A stretch of 64,000 nt of DNA, from assembly GCA_043801585.1 (NCBI GenBank), contig JAZDLX010000007.1:1-64000 (forward strand). The letters run 5' to 3'. The DNA comes from a bacterium (GTDB lineage: Bacteria; Electryoneota; Electryoneia; Electryoneales; Electryoneaceae). The notes beneath the pieces are model-generated. The model had not been told where the DNA came from. It was given only the letters and a program-made list of their open reading frames with translations, and searched no databases. The translations under genes were made by a program, and so were the position numbers. Positions 21,183 through 29,537 of this stretch are shown here, piece by piece (the stretch's first letter is position 1; every line of letters starts with the position of its first letter).

Positions 21183-22145
21183 CTGAGCGCGAATCCCCCA
21201 CAGGAAAAGCCTCTATCGAAAGTCGGTGGCCAGGCAGTCATCGACGGCGTCATGATGCGTGGTCCAAAACGCATTGCAACCGCCGTGCGCGATCCACAGG
21301 GGCACATTCGTGTCAAGGCCTACACCTTTGTCAGCGCCTCCAGGAAACACCGTGTATTGGGGCTTCCGGTGTTGCGTGGTGTGGTGGGCTTGTACGAAGC
21401 GATGTCCATCGGGATTCGTTCCCTGAACTGGTCGGCGGATGTCGCGGCTGAGGAAGAGGCGCCGCCCGCGAAGAAATGGTTCGATCCCATCCTCTCGTTT
21501 CTGATGAGCCTGGTCGCGATTGCCGTCGGGATCGGACTTTTCATGGCGATCCCCTATGCCGTTGCCGGTTTGATTCCCACGGCTCAGAACCAGGTTCATT
21601 TTCACCTTGTGGCGGGCGGTCTCAGGATTCTGTTGCTGATCGGTTACATGTGGGGAATTTCGCTGATCCCTGAAATCAGCACGGTTTTCCGGTATCACGG
21701 CGCCGAGCACAAGAGCATTTTCGCATTCGAGAAGAACGTGAAGCGAACGCCCGCAAACGCCTGCACCCAGAGTCGTTTTCACCCCCGCTGCGGCACCAGT
21801 TTTCTGTTGCTTGCCGCCGTTCTGACAATGATCGGATTCATGCTGTTTGACAGTGCATGGACCGTTTTGGTGGGATCCTACAGCGGTGTAGCTGCTCGCA
21901 TCGCCGTACACCTCCCGCTGGTTCCGGTGATTGCGGGTTTCTCCTATGAATTCCTCCGGTTGGTCGAACACCATTCGGAGGAGCCTGCCTGGCAACCATT
22001 CGTCCGCCCCGGTTTCTGGCTGCAGAAAATCACCACTCGCGAACCGGACGAGCGCCAGGTGGAAGTGGCCCTCGCTGCCCTCGAGGAAGCTCTTATCGAA
22101 GACGACAGGGACTATCTGGGTGCTCCGCGAGTCAACGGCTATTGA
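21183..22145 (+). CDS. DUF1385 membrane protein (probable CTG start)
   Basis: VGGQAVIDGVMMRG, YHGAEHK, HPRCGTSF and LQKITTREP; the family commonly follows rpmE. Confidence 0.88.
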   Translation: MSANPPQEKPLSKVGGQAVIDGVMMRGPKRIATAVRDPQGHIRVKAYTFVSASRKHRVLGLPVLRGVVGLYEAMSIGIRSLNWSADVAAEEEAPPAKKWFDPILSFLMSLVAIAVGIGLFMAIPYAVAGLIPTAQNQVHFHLVAGGLRILLLIGYMWGISLIPEISTVFRYHGAEHKSIFAFEKNVKRTPANACTQSRFHPRCGTSFLLLAAVLTMIGFMLFDSAWTVLVGSYSGVAARIAVHLPLVPVIAGFSYEFLRLVEHHSEEPAWQPFVRPGFWLQKITTREPDERQVEVALAALEEALIEDDRDYLGAPRVNGY

Positions 22146-22226
22146 GTGACAGTTACCTAATTCGAGTATTTAATCGAGTCCTTCATCACACCGCTAACTG
22201 GAATTAGGTAACTGTCACTCAATAGC
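22138..22226. repeat. 26-bp perfect inverted repeat overlapping the DUF1385 stop codon
   Basis: gctattgagtgacagttacctaattc (22138-22163) and its exact reverse complement (22201-22226). Confidence 0.9.
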
Positions 22227-22278
22227 AAAGAAATGAAAAGTAAAGTGTCCCCTTTTTTAATTCACATAGAGAACAACC

Positions 22279-22800
22279 ATGAAATCACACCAGAAGGTGA
22301 TGGGGAACCCAGGGTCGGCATACCTGACCGAAGCAATCGCCGAGGAAGCCGTTGCCAAACTGGAAACCTACCTCGAATGGCTGGACCATGCCGTTGGTAT
22401 GCTCGATGCGGAAACTCTCTGGTCCAGACCATCCGCCAACCTCAATAGCGTCGGAAACCTGCTGATGCATCTCGAAGGAAATGTCCGGCAATGGATGCTT
22501 CACGGCCTCGGCGGAGAGGCCGATCACCGGGAAAGAGATCTCGAGTTCACCACTGAGGGCGGCATTTCGGGTGCGGAACTGCTTAAAAAACTGCATGGTA
22601 CGGTTTCGGCTGCCGGTGCGATCATCCGCGCTCCCCGGGCAGAGGAGGAATGGCTGCGGAAACGTGAGATCCAGGGATATGCAAACACCACACTGAGCGC
22701 TGTGATCCATGTTGTCGAGCATTTTTCGTATCATACGGGACAGATCGTTCAGCTTGCCAAGTCCGCGACCGGGCAAGACATGGGGTTTTATAACTTATGA
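22279..22800 (+). CDS. DinB/DUF1572 family protein
   Basis: NSVGNLLMHLEGNVRQW, RERDLEF and HFSYHTGQI. Confidence 0.88.
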   Translation: MKSHQKVMGNPGSAYLTEAIAEEAVAKLETYLEWLDHAVGMLDAETLWSRPSANLNSVGNLLMHLEGNVRQWMLHGLGGEADHRERDLEFTTEGGISGAELLKKLHGTVSAAGAIIRAPRAEEEWLRKREIQGYANTTLSAVIHVVEHFSYHTGQIVQLAKSATGQDMGFYNL

Positions 22801-22896
22801 ATATTTCTTACGATACGATAATTAGGGACTGTCCCTGATGAAAGGGACAGTTCCCGGAGTTTCGCGACACGTTGGATACCTGGGCTGGGAGGAAAG

Positions 22897-23361
22897 ATGA
22901 AGAAGTCTGGAATCATTCTGTTGAGCGTACTGCTGATCGTACTGGCCGGCTGCTCCAAGCAGAAAGCTGAAACGCAGGCTCAGACGCCGCCGCCGACTCA
23001 ATCTTCTGAGATCACGGTGGTGGATGTCACCTCCTTGCAGGATGTGCTGGCGAATCCCTCGGAATACCTGGACAAGACGATTCTCGTCGAAGGTGAGGTG
23101 ACCGGCCGTTGCATGGGTTCAGGATGCTGGATCTCGCTGAAGGTCGGAGATGACGATCGTGGGATCATCGTGACGACGCTTGATGAATCCTACATTTTTC
23201 CGACGGACTGCATCGATAAAACGGTGCAGATCCAGGGTGCGTTGAAGGTGAAGAACGCGGATGAGATGGAAATGAAAGCGAAAGAGGTCAAGGGTGCGGA
23301 TCATGAATGCCCGAACCCGGAATACTTCTTCGAGCCGCAGGCGTTGAAGGTCACCGCCTGA
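22897..23361 (+). CDS. OB-fold lipoprotein (DUF4920-like)
   Basis: GGAGG RBS; lipobox LAGC; VEGEVTGRCMGSGCW. Confidence 0.75.
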   Translation: MKKSGIILLSVLLIVLAGCSKQKAETQAQTPPPTQSSEITVVDVTSLQDVLANPSEYLDKTILVEGEVTGRCMGSGCWISLKVGDDDRGIIVTTLDESYIFPTDCIDKTVQIQGALKVKNADEMEMKAKEVKGADHECPNPEYFFEPQALKVTA

Positions 23362-23384
23362 TCCCAGCAGATTGATGAAAGTGC

Positions 23385-23414
23385 AGCGGACGCCAAATGG
23401 GGCGTCCGCTTTCT
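23385..23414 (+). terminator. Intrinsic terminator
   Basis: agcggacgcc ... ggcgtccgct followed by tt. Confidence 0.75.
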
Positions 23415-23417
23415 CAT

Positions 23418-23473
23418 TTGCAGAAAAATGTACCAGGTACATGATGCAGAGTACCTGGTGCATTTTTCTGCAA
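23418..23473. repeat. 23-bp inverted repeat
   Basis: ttgcagaaaaatgtaccaggtac and gtacctggtgcatttttctgcaa, one mismatch. Confidence 0.85.
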
Positions 23474-23558
23474 TGAACGAGTGCTTATCGTTCGTTCAGG
23501 GGAACGGGTTCGCGACAGGTGAGTAAAAAATCACCGCGCAAGCATCAGTCCGGTACCC

Positions 23559-24257
23559 TTAGGGCAACGGCGCGGGTTTTCCCGAGAGCGCATAGGCGAT
23601 CAGGTTGACACCCATGTGCAGGGCCGCCTGCCGTTTCTCCTCGGGGTCGTGGTGCACTTCGGGATCCTCCCAACCATCCCCGAGGTCGCACTGATAACTG
23701 TAGAAGAGGACAATCCGGCCATCCATGACGATTCCGAATCCCTGGGCGGGCAGACCGTCGTGGTAATGGATTTTCGGCAGTCCGTTCGGGAAATCGTAGA
23801 CCATGTGATAGATGGGATGTGTAAAGGGGATCTCGACCAGTTCGCGGTCAGGGAATACTTTACGGATTTCCCGCCGGAAGGATTCATCCATGCCGTAATT
23901 GTCGTCAGCGTGCAGGAACCCTCCACTGAGCAGGTAGTCACGCAGACGTGACGCTTCCTCGTCGCTGAACCGGATGTTGCCGTGCCCGGTCATGTACAGG
24001 TAAGGATGACGGAAGAGGTCGGGGTCCAAAAGACGGACGGTCGTTTCACGCGGCGCCATCGGGATTCCCAACACCTGTACGGCGGCTTTCTGCAGATTGA
24101 CCAGCGAGGAGGGATCGCTGTACCAGTCTCCGCCTCCGTCGTAATGCACTCGGGCGATGGCGAACAGATCCTGAGCTGCCGTGGTCCTGATCCCCCCTGC
24201 AACGAACACCACAAGCGCCAGGGAAAGGAGCCTCTTCGACACCGGCCAGTGGAACAT
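23559..24257 (-). CDS. DUF4159 exported protein
   Basis: GGGDWYSDP, YMTGHG, ADDNYG and DLGDGWED. Confidence 0.9.
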   Translation of the reverse strand: MFHWPVSKRLLSLALVVFVAGGIRTTAAQDLFAIARVHYDGGGDWYSDPSSLVNLQKAAVQVLGIPMAPRETTVRLLDPDLFRHPYLYMTGHGNIRFSDEEASRLRDYLLSGGFLHADDNYGMDESFRREIRKVFPDRELVEIPFTHPIYHMVYDFPNGLPKIHYHDGLPAQGFGIVMDGRIVLFYSYQCDLGDGWEDPEVHHDPEEKRQAALHMGVNLIAYALSGKPAPLP

Positions 24258-25328
24258 TTAAAACGGGATCCTCGGGATGTGCAGCGCATCCAGCACTTTG
24301 CCGAGCAGGGCTTTACGTTCGGCGTAGGGGAGGAAGGCGGATTTAAAGCCCATGATGATGATGCTTTCCAACTCATGCCTCGTAAAGCCGAGAGCCTTGT
24401 GAGCGAGATAGTACTCGTCGGACACCGTCGTCGCGGACATCAGCCGGTTGTCCGTGTTGATGGTCACACGAAGGCCGAAGTCGAAATAAAAACGAATCGG
24501 ATGTTCGTCCAGGGACGGGACCGTTCCCACGTGCACGTTGGAGGAGATGCAGCATTCGAGCGGTATACGGTTATCGTTCACGTAATTGAGAAGTTCGCCA
24601 TCCTCCTTCAGGCGGGTGCCATGTCCGATGCGATGGGCGCTCAAGTCATGGAGCGCCTGTTTGATTGAATCGGGACCCCAGGCTTCACCCGCGTGGACGG
24701 TGCAGGGAATGTTGTTCTTGCGGATCAGGTAGAAGGCGTCGGCATGGTCTTTGGCGGGGTAATGGTCTTCCTGTCCTGCGAGATCGAATCCGACGACTCC
24801 ACGTCCCTTGTAAGCGACTGTCAGTTCCGCCAGCCGCAGGGAGACGGCCGGTTCGATCGAACGTATCCCACAGACAATCACACCGGTGCGGATGCCGGTC
24901 TTTCGCTCGCCGGCGTGCAACCCGCTGAGCACCGCATCCAACACTTGAGTGAGTTTCAGGCCCTTCTGCTGATGCAGGATGGGGGAAAACCGCACTTCCA
25001 GATACCAGACACCGTCGGCCCAGGCATCTTCGCAGAGTTCTTCCGCGATCCGCGCAATGTCCTCCTCGGTCTGCATGATTGAGAGGGTAATATCGAAGGA
25101 TTTCAGATAATCCTTGAGACTGTTTCGCTTCGCTCCGATTTCGAGAAGTTTTTCCAGCTGTTTCCCATTTTCGGCGGGGAGGTTTACACCCCGTTTTTTT
25201 GCAAGCTCGAGGATCGTGGGAACTCGGACCGATCCGTCAAGGTGGCAGTGCAGGTCTGTCTTTGGAAGTCGGCGGATTTCCTCAACTGTCAACTCGTCCT
25301 TTTCTCCCTGCGTATTCAATTCAGACAT
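24258..25328 (-). CDS. add: Adenosine deaminase
   Basis: DLHCHLDGS, HAGE, RIGHG and NTDNRLMS. Confidence 0.95.
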   Translation of the reverse strand: MSELNTQGEKDELTVEEIRRLPKTDLHCHLDGSVRVPTILELAKKRGVNLPAENGKQLEKLLEIGAKRNSLKDYLKSFDITLSIMQTEEDIARIAEELCEDAWADGVWYLEVRFSPILHQQKGLKLTQVLDAVLSGLHAGERKTGIRTGVIVCGIRSIEPAVSLRLAELTVAYKGRGVVGFDLAGQEDHYPAKDHADAFYLIRKNNIPCTVHAGEAWGPDSIKQALHDLSAHRIGHGTRLKEDGELLNYVNDNRIPLECCISSNVHVGTVPSLDEHPIRFYFDFGLRVTINTDNRLMSATTVSDEYYLAHKALGFTRHELESIIIMGFKSAFLPYAERKALLGKVLDALHIPRIPF

Positions 25329-25412
25329 GGTATTGCTCCTTAGGGATAATCACGCAAGATAGGTGACAGTGATCGGACACGCCAGTCCCGGCGTGTGAGA
25401 GGAGGGGACATG

Positions 25413-25469
25413 AAAAATGTGATTCCTCATTACCTTATGACGGAGTCACAAGGCTTAAGAAATCACATT
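25413..25469 (-). terminator. Long hairpin/terminator downstream of the small-protein genes
   Basis: Minus strand aatgtgatttctta..ccttgtgac-tcc-gtcataagg..tgaggaatcacatt followed by ttt; mismatches are G-U compatible on the minus strand. Confidence 0.7.
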
Positions 25470-25507
25470 GCAAGGAACTCACCGTGGTGAGGTGCTGAAG
25501 CAAGGCA

Positions 25508-25711
25508 TCAAATGTAAAAGTCGTACACTGATCCAGTACCTGAGACTGAGGAATCCTGGGTGGAAAGATTCAGATCGACCGAGACAGCCAGTTGCCCCAG
25601 GTCTTTTGTCATCATATTGATCGTCTCGGTGACAATTTCAGTGCTCATCGCCTGAATGTTCAGGGCGTCCTTCAGCGTACTGAAGTCAAGTGCGTCTACA
25701 TGCATTTCCAT
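25508..25711 (-). CDS. Small YjfB-like protein (67 aa)
   Basis: GGAGGTG RBS; TLKDALNIQ segment and C-terminal GTGSVYDFYI. Confidence 0.65.
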   Translation of the reverse strand: MEMHVDALDFSTLKDALNIQAMSTEIVTETINMMTKDLGQLAVSVDLNLSTQDSSVSGTGSVYDFYI

Positions 25712-25745
25712 GAATACACCTCCCGCTTGAAAGCGTAACTATTCG

Positions 25746-25961
25746 CTATGCGAGCAGGTTGATTTTCAAAGGATTTGCACCCTTGTTAAGGGCGGGCACA
25801 TTGATCTTGCTGGCTTGGCCTTTGTTCGGCTGTTCACCAAGCTGGCGAACGGAAAGCCCCGAGGTATCCAGCATTTTCATCTCTACCTTTGTGTTGATTC
25901 CAAGGTTCGGTACCATCGAACGGATGCCGCTGCCGCTGCCTTGCATCTGAATCTGCATCAT
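25746..25961 (-). CDS. Small YjfB-like protein (71 aa)
   Basis: GAGGAGGT RBS; VEMKMLD segment and C-terminal KINLLA. Confidence 0.6.
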   Translation of the reverse strand: MMQIQMQGSGSGIRSMVPNLGINTKVEMKMLDTSGLSVRQLGEQPNKGQASKINVPALNKGANPLKINLLA

Positions 25962-26030
25962 CGTTACCTCCTCGCGATCACGCTGTTCTTACGAATGTTC
26001 GAGGATGCTGCCACATCCTCTGATTGTTTG

Positions 26031-26459
26031 TTATCCAAGCAAACGTTGCACCTGATCAACGTCTTGTTTGAACCTCTCACGAACCGTTTCAATGGCAATC
26101 CGCGCCTCACCGGCCGTCGAGTAATATTCTGGACCCTCGACACGGCTGTTGCCGAATCGAAAACGGTTTTCGACACTCCAAAACCTCAACATGCTGCGGA
26201 CAAACCAGGGGACATCCACGAGAGTGACGTCCCCATGCAGCGATCTCAAGTGCCTCTCCACGGAGAGCAGGGCGGAAGTCAGAGTGGCATGGAGAAAACG
26301 CATCCCGCGGAGGCAGATTCTGAGGTGCATTGCGCCGTCCGCGATCTCCCGCCACAGCACTTCTTCAAGACCTCCCTGAAGATCCACGTCGACATGAGAA
26401 CCGGCGATGATCGTCACGGTATCGCCGTCGCGGCGTGTTTCCCAGGTAGTCACCTTCAT
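26031..26459 (-). CDS. STAS-domain (anti-sigma antagonist-like) protein
   Basis: Residue pattern IAGSHVD, LRICLRGMRFL, GDVTLVDVPWFVRSML fits SpoIIAA/RsbV; GGAGG before ATG 26459 (26471 is an alternative). Confidence 0.7.
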   Translation of the reverse strand: MKVTTWETRRDGDTVTIIAGSHVDVDLQGGLEEVLWREIADGAMHLRICLRGMRFLHATLTSALLSVERHLRSLHGDVTLVDVPWFVRSMLRFWSVENRFRFGNSRVEGPEYYSTAGEARIAIETVRERFKQDVDQVQRLLG

Positions 26460-26486
26460 CTCAGCCTCCATCTCCGTGGATAATGC

Positions 26487-26514
26487 TAAAGTCAGCCGGA
26501 TCAACTGCCGATAA
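26487..26514 (+). promoter_or_regulatory. sigma28 (FliA/SigD)-type promoter, antisense to the STAS leader
   Basis: TAAA-N16-GCCGATAA. Confidence 0.7.
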
Positions 26515-26555
26515 AGATAGGGGTGAGTCTGTTCCAGCTGCCGATCTCTGGATAG

Positions 26556-26570
26556 GCAACACCTGTGCCA
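26556..26570 (-). promoter_or_regulatory. sigma54 (RpoN) -24/-12 promoter upstream of the STAS gene
   Basis: Minus strand TGGCAC-AGGTG-TTGC, a perfect consensus. Confidence 0.75.
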
Positions 26571-26843
26571 AGTGACGTGAAATCGCCGGGAGAGAAATAT
26601 ATCTAACTGATAAATCAGAGGATACGAAGTTGTTTTTCGTCTTTTCTTCTTCCCTCCAATCCGCTGGAATCTCTGAAAACCGCCACCTTTTCGTAGCACC
26701 TCGCAGTCAATTCAAGTTAAACACCTGTTCCTAATGGGATTTTCTATGGCACGGAGGGGTATCACCGGGGTCAATGCCGCCCGAAGGTGCGGTTTTAACA
26801 GCGAAACTTGAAGCAAGTGACGAGGGATCATTGAGTAACAGGC

Positions 26844-26871
26844 TAAAGGTTTTCGGATTCAAAGCCGATAA
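26844..26871 (+). promoter_or_regulatory. sigma28-type promoter
   Basis: TAAA-N16-GCCGATAA ending 32 nt before ATG 26904. Confidence 0.78.
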
Positions 26872-26903
26872 CAGTAGTGACGTGGTGTACCCGAAAGGAC
26901 CGG

Positions 26904-27188
26904 ATGAGCCCTCGCGTTGGACCGACTGGCCTGCCCCGGCCGGAACCCATCAAGGCTGGCAACTCTCCCCGCCTGCCTCAGGAGGACTCCGTTCCCGCCA
27001 CGACAACTCCACCTGCCCCGAAAACACCTCAGGTTCCAGGATGGGCAACAGCAGCCGGACATGCGCTTTATCGCAGGGTTCAGGACCTCCCGAATGGGGG
27101 AAAGACAGGTTCGACCGAACAGACTCCGAAGAACCCTGAGGAAGCCCGCCACCAGGGCATCGGCCGCATGATCGACACCTGGGCCTGA
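26904..27188 (+). CDS. Small Pro-rich protein with C-terminal GxxIDxxA tail
   Basis: AAAGGA RBS; ends GIGRMIDTWA; preceded by a sigma28 motif. Confidence 0.7.
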   Translation: MSPRVGPTGLPRPEPIKAGNSPRLPQEDSVPATTTPPAPKTPQVPGWATAAGHALYRRVQDLPNGGKTGSTEQTPKNPEEARHQGIGRMIDTWA

Positions 27189-27362
27189 TGGGTTTTTCCT
27201 TCGAACAAGGTATGTACGTGAAAGCGAAGCGGGAATTTCCAGTCAGTCAAAAGGGATATTCTTATACTTAACTGAATAGTAATCTCAATTAAATAGGAAC
27301 AGTCCCTATTTCAACTCAGGATGATATACCGTTCAGATAGTGACGCTGCAGCTCTCCGTTGT

Positions 27363-28736
27363 TCAACCTTTTTTCTTCTGCAGGTTGCGTTTGCGGAATT
27401 CCTGCCACGGTTCTTCGCCCGCCTCGCTGACAACACCGCGGATGATTGGCGGAATCTCCATTGGGTCATCCCGCAGGTCGATCGCCTTTCGGATGCGTTC
27501 GCCGACTTCCCGGCATTGTGAATCGCTCGCGCCGAGGACAGTGACGAGTGGGTCTCCCTTGTTCACCTTGTCACCCATCTCCGGGTGGATCAGAAAGCCC
27601 GCTGAGAAATCGATGTCCTCTTCCGCGTTTTTTCTTCCCGCGCCCAGCGCCACACCCGCGAGACCCATTTCCAGCGCGTTGATCCCGTGCAGCCAACCGT
27701 TCCTGTCGGCTTCGAGCACAATGGACGAGGGCGCAGGGTGGGGGTTTGCTCCCTTTTCCAGGGCCGCCGGGTCCCCGCCCTGGGCGATGACAGCATTGCG
27801 GAAGGTTTTGAAACCCTTGCCGGAGTTCCACAGGTCCGTGAGCCGTTTCTCACCGTTGACAGGAGAATCGTCGATCCCGATCAGCGCGAGCAGAGTACCG
27901 CCGAGGGCGAGCGTCAGTTCGTGCATATCGTCACGGACGCCCTCGCCGCGCAGTGCCACCAGGCACTCGTCCGTCTCCAGCCAGTTTCCCACTGCCTTGC
28001 CAAGCGGGTGGTTCATGGACGTCACCAGGGAGGCGGACTTCAATCCGAAATGGGAAGCTGTTTTCACCAGCCACCTCGCCAGTTCCCAGGCGTCTTTCTC
28101 CTCCTGCATGAACGCGCCGTAACCGCATTTGACATCGAACACGATGGCTTCGATGCCTTCGGCTACCTTTTTGGAGAGAATCGAGGAGGTGATCAGGGGA
28201 AAGGAACGAACGGTGCTTGTCACATCACGAAGGGCGTACATCCGTTGATCGGCGGGAACGATGTCCTTTGTCTGTGCGCCAAAGGCGAGGCCAAGATCAC
28301 GAACCTGGGATTGCAGCTCGGAAACGCTCAAATCCGTGCGCATTCCGGGAATGCTCTCCAGTTTGTCCAGGGTTCCACCGGTGTGACCCAGTCCCCGGCC
28401 GGTGATCGTAGGAACGTAAATCCCCGCCGCGGCAACGAGAGGAGCGAGGATCAGGGTAATCTTGTCGCCAACGCCTCCGGTGCTGTGTTTGTCGCCGAGA
28501 GGGTTGACGCCGTCGAAATGGATCGTTGCGCCCGACTCGATCATCGCCTCGGTGAGCGCAGCGGTTTCGTCCAGTTCCATGCCGCGGAAATAGACGGCCA
28601 TCAGCCACGCTGTCATCTGGTAATCGGGAATTTCACCTTCGACGAATCCCCGGATGAAATCACGTATCTGTTCGGGAGTGTGAGTCCGGCCTGCTTGCTT
28701 GTCGGCTATAAATTCACCGGGTAATCGAGTTGACAT
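27363..28736 (-). CDS. pdp: Pyrimidine-nucleoside/thymidine phosphorylase
   Basis: DKHSTGGVGDK, GRGLGHTGGTLDKLESIPG and YALRDVT. Confidence 0.95.
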   Translation of the reverse strand: MSTRLPGEFIADKQAGRTHTPEQIRDFIRGFVEGEIPDYQMTAWLMAVYFRGMELDETAALTEAMIESGATIHFDGVNPLGDKHSTGGVGDKITLILAPLVAAAGIYVPTITGRGLGHTGGTLDKLESIPGMRTDLSVSELQSQVRDLGLAFGAQTKDIVPADQRMYALRDVTSTVRSFPLITSSILSKKVAEGIEAIVFDVKCGYGAFMQEEKDAWELARWLVKTASHFGLKSASLVTSMNHPLGKAVGNWLETDECLVALRGEGVRDDMHELTLALGGTLLALIGIDDSPVNGEKRLTDLWNSGKGFKTFRNAVIAQGGDPAALEKGANPHPAPSSIVLEADRNGWLHGINALEMGLAGVALGAGRKNAEEDIDFSAGFLIHPEMGDKVNKGDPLVTVLGASDSQCREVGERIRKAIDLRDDPMEIPPIIRGVVSEAGEEPWQEFRKRNLQKKKG

Positions 28737-28889
28737 GGGTGCGCCTGTAATGTTGGATCGATTCAGGGTCTATTCGTTACGTTCATGCTTCCGAAAGGAT
28801 CGGATCTGGACTGGCGAAAGTCCCCCTCAACGCGAACAAATTCAACCTGGTTACCGTCGGTTGGGGGTCTTCACAGCACTCCTGCATAC

Positions 28890-29537
28890 CTACAACTCAC
28901 TATCATCATCTTTTTCTTCTTCGCCTTCACCCGCGGCCTTTTCCTTCTCCCATTCCTCCTCGGCCATGATGTTCAACTGGTGTCGAACCTCACGTGCGAG
29001 CGCCTTTCCGGAAAGCCTGTCGATATCGGACCACTGACCATTGACGATCAGCGTTCCTGCCTCCTCGCCGGGTTTCAACTTCATCACCTTCATCTTCGCG
29101 GTGCCGATAATGTCCAGGGGGGGTTCCGACGCTGTGACGTCGAGATCGATCCCCTCGACGATTTCATCGGTCGGGTCAAAGAGAATCAGCCTGACACCAC
29201 CTGCGGAAATGTCCAGAATCTCAGCCTGAAACCGATCGGTACCGTCGAGCGAGCTGACGTCGACCGTAAACGTCTTTTCCAATCGTGGAGTGTGGCGCCG
29301 GGAAGTGGTTACACCGATTCCCTTTTTCTGACGCCATTTTATAACGCGATGAGGGGGTTTCTTCATCCGCCGGAACGCTTCATCGTCACCGGCGATTTTT
29401 CGAAGCCTGACTTCCCGTAAAGCGAGGAATGCGATCAGTGCGAGGAACAGCAGCAACAGGATGATGATGACATAGTCATAGATCCCTGTTGTGGATCCCT
29501 TGAAATATTTGAGAATTCCCTCGACATCCTGCCCCAT
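28890..29537 (-). CDS. Membrane-anchored PilZ-domain protein
   Basis: N-terminal TM helix; RRHTPR (RxxxR) and DISAGG (DxSxxG). Confidence 0.85.
   Translation of the reverse strand: MGQDVEGILKYFKGSTTGIYDYVIIILLLLFLALIAFLALREVRLRKIAGDDEAFRRMKKPPHRVIKWRQKKGIGVTTSRRHTPRLEKTFTVDVSSLDGTDRFQAEILDISAGGVRLILFDPTDEIVEGIDLDVTASEPPLDIIGTAKMKVMKLKPGEEAGTLIVNGQWSDIDRLSGKALAREVRHQLNIMAEEEWEKEKAAGEGEEEKDDDSEL

Noticed and set aside
25410..25490. 26-aa plus-strand ORF with a strong RBS (MKNVIPHYLM...)
   Set aside because: It coincides with the minus-strand terminator hairpin and has no recognisable motif; unsupported, though not disproved.
26746..26761. Plus-strand sigma54 promoter (TGGCAC)
   Set aside because: The -12 TTGC element is missing (reads GGTA).
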